From positions 610,132-674,131 of the forward strand of contig MU053911.1 of NCBI GenBank assembly GCA_013239625.1: DNA of 64,000 bases. Reading direction: 5' to 3'. The position numbers were made by a program, and so were the translations under genes. Source of the stretch: Lama guanicoe. Lineage: Eukaryota. Under the pieces are notes generated by a model, which saw only the letters and a program-made list of their open reading frames with translations, was not told the origin of the DNA and did no database searches. Below, one piece after another: positions 11,470-25,423 of the stretch (position 1 is the stretch's first letter; every line of letters starts with the position of its first letter).

Positions 11470-11712
11470 AGAAACAGAGGCAGACTCACAGACATAGGGA
11501 ATAAACTCATGGTTACCAGGGGGTAAGGAGGGCGGGAAGGGATAAATTGCGAATTCGAAATTTGCACCTCTCAGGGAGTGATGGAAATGTTAGCTGTCTT
11601 GATTGCGGTGGTGGTTTCATAGGTGTCTACATCTATCAAAATTCATCAAAGTGTGCATTCAAAACGTGTGCAGTCTACTGTACAGGAACCAGACCACAGT
11701 GAAGGCATCAGA
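11470..11712 (+). mobile_element. L1 3' end, alternative-tail subtype (copy 1)
   Basis: Homologous to 14053-14352, 22780-23007 and 41758-41962. Confidence 0.9.
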
Positions 11713-14052
11713 ATAAAGCATCATGCCCGCTGCTGCTGGTGTACCGTGCAGGTTGTCACCCTGCTGTCGTTACCGAGGGATGAGTGTCCTGGGAAAGAAG
11801 GAAGACTCCTCATCACCCCCAACAATGCAGAGCATCCTGAGAGCAAAGACTCAATCTTTCCTACTTTTGTGCACAAAGAGGCTGCCACGTAGGACACGTC
11901 GTAGGTGGCAGGCGACGTGAATGGGCGGTGGGTCAGCCATGACAAACATTTAACTTAGAAGCGACGGCTGATTCAGTCGATGTAACTGGAATTCCGTAGA
12001 GATGTTTTACTTCTTTCCTTATCAGAGATTGATATTCAGTAAACCAAGTAAGGGACTAGTAATAGATTGGAAAAATTTATTAATTTATCATCCAACAAAA
12101 TCAGGACATTTTCTGTAGATTTTGTAGTTTCTAACCTTTGGCAGCCAGCTAGACTGTTGCCTCGTGTCAAATTATGAGTGGTGTCATAAGTAATGTAGTT
12201 TCATGACTGTTTTGCCAATATCCATTAAACTAGGCTCCGCAAGACAGTAAAGCCACCTTTTGACTTTTGATTTTTCTCCTTAAAGGAAACAGTGAAATTT
12301 GGTTTTGCCAAAGCCATGCACATGTAAAGTGCTAATAAAGAAATTCATTTCAGTGCAAGAGGGGACACTGGGTAATGATGGATCAGCAAAGGAAAAACAC
12401 TGAATATATAATCTGGACCCTTCCTTTCAAAGAATTCTTCCAACTAACCACGCAGCTGAAAGCCAGTGTGACTTCATTTCATTTGGCTGAAAGAGTTTTA
12501 CACTTTGGAATCTGACTAAAGCAGTGAGGCTGATGCCACAAAAATCTGTCCTGTTTCCATGCAGATACATCAGTTTCCATGTAATATTCTTATCCCCAGA
12601 TACGGTATGCTGGTTTCTTAAGTTACTTATGAAACTGTCTTTTTCAATTCCTAGAAATTCTGCAGTCCACATAATCTCAGCACAAAGGTTGTCTAAATAA
12701 CTAACTGCTGACAGCAACAAACTTCACATTTTCATAGTTTAAGTTGCATTTTATCAACAGCCATCTGAACTATGTAAGATTTTCAGGCAGCACTCTCTGA
12801 GATGCCCCTAGGATACAGGCACTAAAAAATCATCACAGGGTAGTTACTCACTCTTGTATGACTTCCAGTTTTGGTCATAACTGCATGCTCATCACATGTA
12901 CCTTAGTTTCTTCATTTAGAGTTTACCCCCGTATGAAACGTGTTTCCTTGTGTAAACGTAGCCATCAGGTAGGTTCTGTTATAGCAGGTGGAATTCTAGA
13001 GATGGTAGCATCCTTTGGTTTTTATTTATAATAAACTCAGTAAAATCCAAAATTACTATCTAAAGTGAATAAATAGCTTTTTAAACATACAATTGTATGA
13101 GCCTTTGGCATTGCTTAGCAATGGAAATCATGCTCCTCGGTACTCTGGTCACGCTAACATGGTGTTTTAAAACATTTAAATACTATGCCAGCTGTAATTT
13201 ATACATCCCTAAGTAACATGGTCGTGTATGACACCAGCCCCCGGACGGCAGCCAGGCGTCCCCAACCTAATCTTAAACCTCCGAGGAGAGGCGTGTTTAG
13301 TAAAGCATCCTGGATCTGTGAGCCAAAGACTTTCCGACGAGGACAGTTTTTAGTTCTTTAATTTCTCACACAGAATTGGGCTAAGCTAACAGAACATTTA
13401 TTTCGTTTGCAGTTGAACAGGAGGGACGATGGCTCGGAGAGCAGGACAGTTGGCCAGCACCTCTCTCACGGTGACTGATCAAAGTTCCTTCTACAGTATC
13501 TGTGGATGTTTGAACCCCTTAGGGGAGGACACTTTCACTTAAAGGAAGCTTGACTGGAGACTGTAGACTGCTCAGAGGGTCTGTGGGTGTAGATTTAGGA
13601 AAGGTATGATTTCCACTACTCCACTTTGGAAAGGATAAATGAGGCTAGTTACGATTAAGCTCAGAAACAAGGATTTTAGACCAAATGTCTAGGTTATTGT
13701 CCTTGAATCCATCTCCATCAACATCCAAGCCTCATAATAAGCCTTCCTCGGGTTGGAGTTTGCTTTCTGCAAAAACTGTGAACAGTCACTAAAGAGAGAA
13801 GTGACGCGAGGACGCACTTAGAGCAGGGAAGCAAAGTGCGGAGACCCCCTCTGCTCGGCGGGAAGCCGGCGCCAGCAAGGGGAGAGACTCGGAGCCCCTG
13901 CTTCCAGATCCTTCTTTGGCAGCTCAGCTCGGAGATGAGTCTGGGATGTCCTTACACCGGTGACAATGGGGGATGAAAGTGACAGAAAGCAGCCAAGAAG
14001 GTGGGACACCTCAAAGTGAGATTAATAATCAATGTTGCCATGAAAATGGGAA

Positions 14053-14352
14053 AATATGATATCATTTATATGTGGGATCTTTAAAAAAGACACAAAAGAA
14101 CATATCCACAAAACAGAAGCAGACTCACAGACGCAGAGAAAAAACTTATGGATACCAGGGGGTAAAGGGTGTGGGAAGGGATCAACTGGGAATTTGAAAC
14201 TTGCACCTCATGGGGAGTGATGGGAATGTTAGCTGTCTTGATTGTGGAGGTGGTTCCAGGGGTGTCTACATCTATCAGAATTGATCAAAGTGTGCATCTG
14301 AAATAAGTGTAGTTTACTGTGCAGGAACCAGATCACAATAAATGTGTTAAAA
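14053..14352 (+). mobile_element. L1 3' end, alternative-tail subtype (copy 2)
   Basis: 'cagactcacagacgcagag...gggaagggatcaactgggaatttgaaacttgcacctc...accagatcacaataaa'. Confidence 0.9.
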
Positions 14353-16176
14353 TTTTTTTAATTTAAGAAAGTAGAAAGAATCAGGTAGTTCTAAATGTAC
14401 TGACAAAAAGATTTCAAAGATACAGTGTTACAGTAAAATTGCAAGGTGTAGGACAGCGAAGCTGATGAGCATCCTTTCTTAAAACCTGTACATGTGCCTT
14501 CTGCCTTCTGCACCTGCCTGGACATTTCAAAATTTATGTTGAGTGCAAATTAAGTAAATATCATACAGATGTTGAGACTGGACTTGGGCCGGCACGTTTT
14601 CAAAGCTGCTGCTGATTAACATGCATGTCAAGTACAAGGAAAAACTATTCCTAGTGAGAGCTGAGTCCAGATCAGCGAACAGTCAGTGGCCGTTAGTGCC
14701 CAAAGCAGGCAGTGTGGAGGCCAGCACCCCCCAGCGCTCCCTGTGCCCCCGGGTGCGCTTAGCTCAGTTATCACCTTGTTCCATAGCCTGCCTCCCAGGG
14801 TCATGTCAGAACCTGAGCGACTCTTTCTACTCTGTCTCAAGTATCCGTGAGGGCAGAGGATGGATACAGTTAAGAACTGACTGGATATAATTAATGACAT
14901 GTATCCTTCAGCTCTTCAGTTAATATCTTAACTCTTCAATTTTTAAACCAAAATATTTTAAAAGGTAAAAAAATATTCATTTGACTTTTTATCTTCCCAG
15001 TGATCAAAATGTGACAGATGAGAAAGGGGGTCAAACTCAAAAGACGAGTGGTGAGGGTTTAGAAAGAACCTCAGGGACCCAAGTGACACGTGTGGCCAGA
15101 GGAGCCTGGGCCAGACCGTGACACGTGCAGGGCACACTGGAATAGACCAGACCTCAGATGCGTCCGCTCCTGGAGTGTCCGACGTGGACGGAGCCTCTAG
15201 CCGCATACAGAGTTGGGAACCGTCTGGGGTTTGGAGTCGGCTGACAGGCGGGCTCAGGCCGGCTGGTTTACTCGTCAGTAAGATGAGGTGATGGTAAAGC
15301 TGTGCCATGCCACTGTCCTGATGTTCTCAGTCACTCGCGTCGAGCTCCCGGCACAGAGTCTGGCATCTGGCAGGTGGCAGCTGCCACTCCCACCCCAGTG
15401 TCCTGACAGCCAGGCGTCTGTCACAGCTTCCACTACTAATAATAGCGAACAAAATGACACGGGCCATCCAGGTTACACTTGAAAAAAATCACATTTGACC
15501 CTAAATATTTAAACCTGTAGCAACAATTCCAGAAGCATCAGCAAAGATACATTTGGCACATTTCCATTTGCAAATGGGGTGTGAAGTCAGCCCTTAGCAA
15601 CATGACGGAGTCCACAGCCCGCTCGGCGGGCAGGGCAAGAGGGACTGAAGCACGCGTCTCCCTCATGTAATCACTCAGTGTGTGGTCCTGCCTCTGCACC
15701 TTCCCGATGGAACATGCCCTAAGGAAAAGAGGTTTGGTTTAATTCCAGCGCAAGCAACTGGGAAGAGGCTCGGTGGAAAGTCTCTGAGTTGAGGGCCTGC
15801 AGATCATTGTGGATTAATTTGCAGGGAAGTGCAGTGACCTGGATCCAGTCACCATCCACAAGGTTAAAAGCTGATTCACTGTTAGAGGTGGTCCTAGGGA
15901 AAGACCAGTGTGATTTATACCCAGCCTCAAATGTATGTGTCTTATCAGCCCCGGGTCCCACTGCCCCGGGTGCATGGACCGCAGACATGGTACATAAACC
16001 GGGAGACAGCGAGGATGCAGCGAACCAGGAATTCCTGTGTAAACCAGCTGTAAGATCCATGAGAAGTTAGACATGGTAAAATTGGGGAAACAGATAAGAA
16101 TTACAACATTTTACTGAAAAGTTCATCTTTTTGTGTTTCAAGTCAGCAAAAATAAACCTATTTTTAAAATATTCTT

Positions 16177-16374
16177 TTATAAATTTGTGTTTATTTTATT
16201 TTTAATTTTGGGGGAGATAATTATATATATTTATATATATATATATATAATATATAAATACATATATTTAATTATTTGTTTATTGGTTTATTTGAATGGA
16301 GGTTGTGGGAACTGAACCCAGGACCTCCAGCATGCTAAGCATGTGCTCTAACCACTTAGCTATACCCTCCCCCT
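16177..16374 (-). mobile_element. Vic-1-like SINE with (TA)n expansion
   Basis: Antisense 'ggggagggtatagctaagtggttagagcacatgcttagcatg'; TSD tatttttaaaatattctt / tattttaaaaatattctt. Confidence 0.92.
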
Positions 16375-17374
16375 TATTTTAAAAATATTCTTATTGGGCT
16401 AAATCATAGACATACTATAATTTTTTTCCCATTTATATCCACTTCATTATAAATCAGTTTAGTCTCTAACATACTCTTTTTCTATTTTGGGTTTTTTTTT
16501 TAAAGTATTCAGAATTATTCCATTGTACTTAGTGCATAATCAATTCTTTACGTTCCTACAGCTCTAATATTCGCAAATGAATTTAGATCCGGTTTTCTAT
16601 TCACTGTAAAGGGGCAGCCTTGGGACATGGTCAGGACAGGTCGGGGTTCTCTCCCTGGGAGCTGAGTCCATCGCTCAAGGTCCCCAGCTGGCCGGGCTGG
16701 GGCAGAGGTGGGGCCTGAACACAGCCGTCAAGACTCCCCTGTCAGCAGAACCCCCCGTGCCCCTGCCCTCAGGGAGTCTAGACAACCCAAAGCGAGCTCC
16801 AGGGATGGATGGCTGACGTGCACTGGGGGTGGGGTCGTCACTGACCACACTAGTTCGCACTCCAGTATGGCAGCCTCGAGAGACGCCCCTCACGGCACTC
16901 TCTCCACAAGAGCAGTACAAGGCTCTCTTCTCCAGACACAGAAACACATACGCATTGGACATCCTCTGCTTTGGTAAACGAGCCGTTGACAGGGTCCCAA
17001 CTCGACTCTACCCCAAGAGCCAGAGGCTGGGCTGACTCTGCAGAGAACCCAGTGGAACAGACCCTAAGTCTGAGCTCAGGGGCCAAGGGTCAGCCCTGCC
17101 CTGACGTGTGTGGTGGTGACCAGGCGCCCAGCAAGCCCTCAGCAAGAGGGACCAAGGACGCATCCACCCCGTAGTCTCATTGTCACTCAGCACCCCGGGC
17201 TGAGCCATTACCTAAAATTCTGCCCTAGGGAAGACTGGGTCCCCAAATTCAGGCAAGCCCAGGGTGTCCACTCCTGCCTTTGGGGACGCACGCAGACCGG
17301 AACTCTGCTGTCGTTCCCAAACTGAAAGGTCCCTAACGTGGATCTGCTCTTCTGCATCCCAAAGGCCTCCCATT

Positions 17375-17510
17375 GGGGGAGGGTATGGCCAGCCCTAGAG
17401 CAGGTGCTCAGCAGGCGCTAGGCCCTGGGTTCAACCCCCAGTGCCTCCATTCAAAATAACCCTAATTACCCACCCCCCAAAAAAAGAATAAAAAAAATTT
17501 TTAATAAAAA
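17375..17510 (+). mobile_element. Vic-1-like SINE
   Basis: 'gggggagggtatgg...gggttcaacccccagtgcctcc...cctaattaccc' plus A tail; approximate TSD aaaggcctcccat / aaaacctccccat. Confidence 0.9.
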
Positions 17511-18449
17511 AAAACCTCCCATGAAGCAGCCAGACACGAGACCCGTTCCAGCCCCTCGGCGGCGGCTGCACTCCCGGGGGCGGGGCGCGGCTTCCCCGGC
17601 CGCAGGGCTCCCACCAGGGTCCTGGGCTTTCTTTACCTCAAGCCAAACAGATGAACATACCTTCATGAAACCCGTTTGTTTTGTTCTGTTTTGTTTTGAA
17701 AATGTGGCCCGAGAGAATGTTAATACTCCCTCTGGACAGTGGCTTCGGTAACCCGCCGGCACCTGCTCACTGGCAAGCCGAGAGCAGGGCAGAGAGGAAG
17801 GAAGAAAAGCCGGCTGGCAGGCAGCACTGGCTCTCTGGGGGCTCTCGTGGGCCAGCTGCTCGGTGTCACGCTTCCCACTGAACAGGTAACCCCCACATGC
17901 GTCCTTGTGAGGGACGGGGATTGCTAGACCCCCAGCAGACGCGATGCGCTAGACACGGCCGTGGGTCCTGGCGTCGGAACGCGCTGGTTTCCCGTGGTCA
18001 GTCGGCGCGGTGCGGTCGTGAAGAGGGGGTGTTTCACGGGCTTCTTCTGCAGGGACCGGACTTCGCAGGGAAAGTGCGTGGAGTGGGGGTGGGGTGAGCA
18101 TGAAAGGAAAAGGGGAACCAGCAAGGGACCCTTCACACCTCACGCTGAAATGTCTCCATCACGCCTCTGACAGGTTGAAGCTGGGCGCGGTAGGAGCAAT
18201 GGCACCCTGCTGGGCACACGTTCTCACTGTCTGGGAGAAGGTGTCACCCAACCTGATATCTGGGTCATGAGGGTGACCACTAAATCTGAGTTAGGCACAT
18301 GGTTTGATATGTCACTTTTTCCCCTGACTTGTGGGATAAGTGTTACAGACCTATGTAAGAGTAAATCATCTGTGGTTATATACTATTTAGATCACCTTTA
18401 TTGAAAAGCTATTACATGAAGATTGTTCCCAAGGTTCCTCATGACCTTT

Positions 18450-18536
18450 ATTTTTAATGGTGGGACTGGGGATAGAACCCAAGACCTTGTGCATGCTAAG
18501 CACATGCTCTACTGCTGAGCTATAACCCACCCCCCA
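18450..18536 (-). mobile_element. Short Vic-1-like SINE
   Basis: Antisense tRNA-like head; TSD tcatgaccttt / tcatgaacttt. Confidence 0.9.
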
Positions 18537-20254
18537 TCATGAACTTTTAATGTGAGAAGCTTATAAAGGACATACATCATGTTAACGTCAAGCCAAGTTG
18601 CACTTTGGATTTTACTGACTGTATGAGCTATACTCCAGTTTCCAAATTTGATGTGTAATCTCTTCTCAGTGGCTGTGGCTGAGCCCACACTGAGGGGCTG
18701 GAAACCCCCACTTTGGCAGCCAGTCTCTCTACATCACTTAGCAGATCTGATTCTGATCCCTCTTGTTTGTGCCCTGAGCAGAACACCAAAAAGTGTAGGT
18801 CAGACTGAAGAAATCACCCTCCACGTTATTCCTCTGAGTTATTTTTATTATCTGGATAAAAGTTTAGAAAAAATAGATAATGCAAGCTATTTGAACTGTC
18901 AATAAAGAGAGGATTATTCATAAAATTTTATTAAATTTTAGTAGAAAACATTTACTATTTCACTCAAAAATAGAAAATTTCTATTTGTGTTCAACTTAAG
19001 GAAAAATGTTTCCATGGACAAACGCACACACGTTCACCTGCCAGGCAGCGGCATCTACGCAGTGCCGTGTGTCCTCCCTCCCGCGTGGCAGCCAGGAGCC
19101 TGAGCGTCTGTTTGTATACCTTCTATCTGCTTCCTTCAGATTGCTTCAGCCTACTTTCATTCCTAATTGCCCCATTTTTCTTTATATTTAATTTGATTTA
19201 TTTCAAATGCATTTGGAAGAAGACAAACTCTAGTTGTAATTATACTAAAAATAATATAATTAGTTGAACAAATTATAAAGTCAGAATTTCCAGCAAACTC
19301 CAATTATAATGCTGATTAATACTTTGAGTTCAAAATAGCCTGCAATTGGAGAACGCAGCCTGAAGAAGACAGGCCACCCTCGCAAAGCTGCTTTGCCACG
19401 TCGCTCTAAGCCGTCGTGACCAGAGGGCAGGAACCACGGCCACTTCCAGGTTTATCTGGAGGCACAGACGTTTTAGACCTCTTTGGAACAGCTGAGCTCA
19501 TGGGGGAGTCAGGAATCCTGACAGGCTGCCCCTCAATTGCAGCCAGGCAAGGCCGAGGGCGAGGGGACGCAGACACGCAGGAACAATTCTCCCAGCAGCT
19601 TGTGGGAAATACAGAAATGGAAAAGCTCATTTTTAAAATGTGTTGAGTTTCCCAGACATCATTTGCCTAATGCAGCCTGGGATGTAGCTCAGGGGCTGGG
19701 AAGCAGGTACCAGAAGCGACAGCGGACCCTCAGAATCACACGCTGACACCCCAGGCCTGCGCGTAACAGGGCACCCATTACCCTTTGTATGAAAAGTATC
19801 TCATGGCTGAACAACACAGAAGCAAGGCCGACTCAGGACAAAGCAGACCTTACAAGGTCAGGAGTGCTGATGGAGACCTGGGGGGCCAGCTCTACGAGGG
19901 AAGAGCACGCGCACCTGGGCCCCTTCTGACAACAGACCACCATCGGAACAGTTTATTGTGCTTTACTGACCTGGAAAAATTTTAAGAAAATGAAAGTAGT
20001 GCACAGAGTATATATAATTGTCTCTAAAAACTGCTTCCCAGTGTCCAGCTACAGAGCCGGTGTCAGTCAATTGTTCCAAAATTCAACTCTGATGATTGAG
20101 TCTTACATTCACTCAAACCTTTTGAAGCATTTTATTAGATGCTGGAGGAAGAAAGAAAGAGGTGTGGCCCCCGGGCCCTGATAGTGAGTTTAGTTTCTAG
20201 TCCTGGCTTCACGTCTGCGCAAGCTCCTGGACCTGACACAGGCCTGCCTTCACT

Positions 20255-20360
20255 TCTCTTGTTTCCTCTTTCTTCCTTTTTTCTCACTCTCTCTCCTTCC
20301 TTCCTCTCCCCTCTCCCTCCGTCCCTTCTTCCTTTCTCTCCTTCTCCCTCTCTTTATTTC
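20255..20360. repeat. Polypyrimidine (CT-rich) low-complexity tract
   Basis: Directly visible. Confidence 0.8.
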
Positions 20361-20609
20361 TGTTGTTACTCTTGCTTGTTTCTTGATTCCAAACTATACT
20401 TTCATGGTCTCTCCATTAACTCCTCAAAATATTCCTTGTTTTTAAGCAAAACAAACTTTTTCCTTCAGTTTAGGGCTTCATTCTCCAATCTCCCACGAGG
20501 GCCATCAGCCCGGACCATCTCTGTGCACTGAACTCTCTCCTTCAGGGACTGGCCCGGCACCGCTCCTGCCTCGGGCCTTGAGGTTTGCCAAGAGGCCTCC
20601 AGGCCACAG

Positions 20610-20780
20610 CTCCGTCACCTTCTCCCTGTGTGACTCTGGACCCGTTACGTAAACATCTGGTTTTTCATTGTAAAATGGCATTAACCCTCTCCTCAGAAGG
20701 TCATTTCAAAGGTTAAATGAGATAATACAAGTAAACTGCTTACGCAATGTGCTACACAGTCAAGTTTTGCAAATACCTGC
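20610..20780 (+). mobile_element. MIR fragment
   Basis: 'ctgtgtgactctgga...ttcattgtaaaatgg...ggttaaatgagataatacaagtaaactgctta'. Confidence 0.7.
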
Positions 20781-20809
20781 TACCATCGAGCATTTTTGTC
20801 AATAACACC

Positions 20810-21685
20810 AAACATGAGTTAATCTACAAGTAAATTTGAGATGAATTCACATGTTAACAATGTTGAATCTTCCAGTCCATGAATATGGTACATCTCTCCA
20901 TTTTATTAGTATTTTTATTTTCTCTTATCAAGGTTTTATACTTTTTATTGTAGAGGTCTTGCCCTGCTTTCGTTAAGTTTATTCTTAAGTATTCTATGCT
21001 TTCTAAGGATATTGAAAATGGAATTAACATTTTTTTCTACTCATAGTGGTCCAGTATTTGGAAACACAGTTGATCTGTGCTCATTCACTGACTCTGCCTG
21101 CTGTGTTGCTGGATTTACTTGCTAGTTCTGGTGGCCACTGTGCAGATTCCTCTAGGTTTTTAATGTAAGCAATTAGGTCTCTCAGAAATCTTTCTAATCT
21201 GCATTATTTTATTTTATCCTTTGCTTTCTTGCACTGGCTAGGACCTTCACTTCAATATTTAAGCCTACTCCCAGTCTAACAGGGACAATGCTCAGACTTT
21301 CGCCATTTAATTTTGTTTGTAGATGTTTCTTTTGGTTTGTAACAGTGACAAAGCACCCTGCTATGCCTAGTTTTGTAATTTGTAAAAATTACTAATAAAT
21401 GTTGTTTTGTCAAATGTTTGTCTCTAGATCTATTGAAACTATTTTTCCATTTGTCTATTAATATAATGAATTATCCTGATTTATTTTCAAATGTCAAACC
21501 AAGCTTGCATCCCTTGTATACACTCCACAAGGTCATGGTGTTTTTATTTTTATATATTTTTGCCTTTGGTTTGTTAACATTTTGTTAAGGACTTCTGCAT
21601 CCACGTTCATGAAAAGTATTGTGTGTTTAAAAGAGAATGTTTTTTCTTCTAGTGTCTTTGTCAGGTTTTGATATCAAGGTTGTCA
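20810..21685 (-). mobile_element. Old L1 ORF2 (RT region) fragment
   Basis: 'ttgaatcttccagtccatgaatatggtacatctctccatt', 'gcactggctaggaccttc', 'tctttgtcaggttttgatatcaaggt'. Confidence 0.85.
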
Positions 21686-22779
21686 TGGTGTAACATTTGT
21701 TATCATTGTATACCATTTATATTTTTAAATGTATCTATAAATATATATGATAAATCAATGTATATAATATATACATTTATTATGTGTTATGCATATACAT
21801 TATATTATGTATATAATATATAAATATACAATAAATAAAATGAATAATAAATTAAAAAATAGATGTATATCATTTACATTTGTTATCATTGTATATCATT
21901 TGATACCCTCCCTGGGCAGGAGGAGAGACTTGGAGACAGATGTCAGTCAAGGCCCTGTTCACAGCTGCCTCCTGTGGGATCTGCACCTTGAAATGATGCT
22001 TCTTTCAGGGGGTCTGTGGAGCAAGGTGACCTCTGCAGACTCAAGTGATGATTTTTGGAACTTCTCTTGCTTTGCTAAGTCACACACAGCTCCTCCACCT
22101 CTGCCCAATCTGAATGCCTACGTTCATGAACGCTACGCAGAGAGTGTTTTATTTACCTAAATTCTGAGTGTAAAGCAGGTGGTCTCTTTGCATCAGTGTC
22201 TGATTTCAGACGGTTTGATCTCAATTATCTAGAGCTGAATGGACAGGTCAGAGAGAGAGACCCAGGTCGTGTGTCTCACTGCTCCTGAAAATCTAAATGT
22301 GGCAGCGTTATTCTCAAAGGGCCTGGATAAAAATGTAGGTGGGGGAAGAGATTCTTGTCACTGCTGTCCACTGCTGGCTGGTAGATGAGGGCCATGGCGT
22401 GAAGCTGAGTTGCGAGGAACCTCATGCCCCTCCCAGTTAAGCAGAAAGTGGCCTGTTGCCAACAGATGCACACAGAGAAGCCTGGTGAATAGTTATGTCT
22501 GCTTTGGTTCCTTTTCTTTTTGTGGTTTTTCTCGGCTTCAGATGGCTTGAGAGTTAGAATGTCTTCCATCCTTTATTTACTTATGATACTCAAAATTGGC
22601 AGGGTTTGTAGATTCAGGACTAGAGAACGAACCCCAGATTAACTGAGCTGTTGAGTGTCCTTTTGTTCAAATATAAAGGATTCTATCCGACCCATCAAAG
22701 CAGATATTCAGCACCTTCCATGCATTGTTCAAATGTCTAGTTTTTAAAGCAAGTTTCCAAAGGAGAATCCAATTAAAGT

Positions 22780-23007
22780 ACAGAGAACAAACTTATGGTT
22801 ACCAGGAGGGAAGGGGGTGGGAAGGGATAAATTGGGAATTCAAAATTTGCACCTCTTGGGGAGCGATGGAAATGTTAGCTGTCTTGTAGTGGTGGTGGTT
22901 TCACGGGTGTAGACATCTATCACAGTTCATCAAAGTGTGCGTCTGGAATATGCGCAGTTTACTATACAGGAACCAGATCACAATGAAGGTATTATTTTAA
23001 AAAAAAA
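22780..23007 (+). mobile_element. L1 3' end, alternative-tail subtype (copy 3)
   Basis: 'agagaacaaacttatggttacc...aaatttgcacctcttggggagcgatgg...accagatcacaatgaagg' plus A tail. Confidence 0.9.
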
Positions 23008-25193
23008 GTGCCGGGTGGATTTAAAGGTAAGTAAACACCCAAGAGACGTCTCTGCGACAACGGGGCCCCCTTCGCAGGGCTGAGTACCATCAGTTCAGGG
23101 AACGGAAGATTATGCACGGGGCCACAGTAATTGGAGGAAGCTGGGTTTCTCTCCCAGACCATGGTCTTAGCTTGTGGCAAGATAAACCCTGAAGTTTAAT
23201 TTCTCAATGGACATATAAATATATTTTTAGTCCATATAAACAGGTAGACTAAAGTTCGGTTTTAATAATGAAACGCATCATACAGGCTGTGTGGAAGGGT
23301 TGGTTTTCCCTCAGGCCAGATCAGTTCAAATCATTCTGAGGTTGCTTTGCAAACATACACTCCTACTAGTCCTACAGGCCAAGTGACCCGCAGTGTCAGA
23401 GACTGGGAAACTTTCTTCAAGTCTTGCATGCAAAGTGATCCTTAAAGTTCGTATAATCTGAGAGCTACATCCTTGCAGTTAAAGGAGCAGGTTGCCTTCC
23501 CTGAACATTTTCCATAGATGTTCATAAAGTCCAGGTTTACGTGACGTTTTTTTCTTTTACTACTGCTGTAGATTTTTTTTCTTTAATCAAATAGCATATG
23601 CCAATGAAAAGAAACAAAAATCTGAAGACTCTGTTCCAATGTGTATGCCTTCTGCTTCAAAATATTTTGCATCATAAATTCTGCTAAATTTTGATCAAAT
23701 AACTGTGAGAAAATGTGGGGAAATATCAGAGACATGTAAGAAAAAAATTTAATGGGAAAATAACTTAAAAGAAATATAAATGTGAAAGGCATTTAAGTGG
23801 TAACGCCTAACTCTCACCTGCTGAGACACATGAGAATGTTCTTGGTTTATCCCAATTAGCCCTCAGAAGCCTAGTGCTGGGAACCGACGAGCCTCGCACG
23901 ACTGTTCTACATTCAAGGCAGCAAGTGCCCAGGGGACTCTGGGAGAACCAGGCGTCCACAGGGTTAACGCCGTGCCCCCACGTGCCCCCACGTCCCCGGC
24001 CCCCCCCCACTCCTGAACCAGGCTGCCCACCATGGCTCGCCCTGGCTATTTTCACCTGTGATTAGACAGCCGGAGGGATTTGAGTGATGGCACTTTATAG
24101 ACCTCTTTTCAAACACTGAAAGGGTTCTGAGTGAGCACAGGGCTGCTTCCAGTTTGTAAACTGCAGAAACCTGGACAAAGTCATAAATCGTCACTGTGGC
24201 CAGTGTTCCCTTCAGTGTATGTGAGCTCTGTCTGCTCAGCCACGCTCAGTGGGCAAAACTCTGCAAAAGTGATGACTTTGTAAAACAAGTTCAGGGTCAT
24301 CCAAAAGTTAACAGAGATGTTTAATGTTCATTTAATTGGACAAAGTAATTGTTACCCTGCTCCCAGGTCACTGGAGGCAGTGGGAGAGTCAGCTCCCTGG
24401 AGCTGCTATCTGCCCTGGACGCCCGGTCAGGCTGGAGCTCAGATCTCAGCTCTGCACGACCTGGGCACGGTTCCGAACCTCCCAGTCTCCTGGGCAAGGG
24501 GAGAGAGCCTAGTCCCTCTGTGACGGGGCTGCTAACAGAACGAAACACAATGGTGCAGTCGAAGGCTGGGCAAGGACACGGCCGGCTTCCTACAGATGTC
24601 GGTGTTTAATTGTTGGCATCACTTTTACTTAAACTGAGGATTTATGAAGTCACGTGGGGGAAGTGAATTCAGCAAGATCCCCTTCCTCAGGTCCCCTAAA
24701 TTCTACCCCTCCCTCCCCAGCAGCCATTTACTGAGGCAGGGGTGAGGAAGAATTCGCCGGACAAGGCATGTGACGCGGGGCTGCACTGACTCTGTTTAAG
24801 GCGAGGCTGTTCCCAAGCCTCTTACTGGGGAACCAAATCCCAAGTCGAATGCTTCGCCTCACGTAGGTGCTTGCTTACTTAGCAGCTGTACACCGAGCAC
24901 ATCTGGGCTCTCTGTTGTGTGTGTGTTTGGTTTGGTTTGGTTTTATTTAATATCCAAAAGAGGGATCTTTAGGTTCTTCTTGGTAAATATTTTACTAGGT
25001 TTCGGCTAACCAGTTTAAGAAGACATAGCACAATCATATACTTATTTTATCTGATTCTCACCACAGTCTGTATTTTTAAACAAGGCAATTAGTCTAAGAT
25101 GACAAAAGATTAGTATGATAAAGGAAAACTGTGAAAAAACTCTCCCCATGAAGAAGCTGACTTTGTCTTGTCACAGACTCGATCAAGGTTCTT

Positions 25194-25423
25194 TGTTTCA
25201 TTTTATTGTGTTTTAATTATTTATAGTCTGTTACAGTATGTCAATTTCTAGTGTCCAGTGTCATGTTCCAGTCATGCACATTTATACACATATTCGTTTT
25301 CACATTCTTTTTCATTAAAGGTTATTACAAGATATTGAATATAGTTCCCTGGGCTATACAGAAGAAATCTGGTTTTTATCTGTTTTTATATGTAGTAGTT
25401 AACATTTGCAAATCTCAAACTTA
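25194..25423 (-). mobile_element. Short L1 3' end
   Basis: Homologous to 10045-10260; flanked by ggttctt repeats. Confidence 0.88.

Noticed and set aside
10764..19432. CTCF-like motifs near 10767, 15366 and 19417
   Set aside because: Only partial matches by eye; cannot be supported without a PWM scan or ChIP data
19679..19692. GGGATGTAGCTCAG, matching a tRNA-Ala 5' end
   Set aside because: Only 14 nt, with no B-box or cloverleaf downstream
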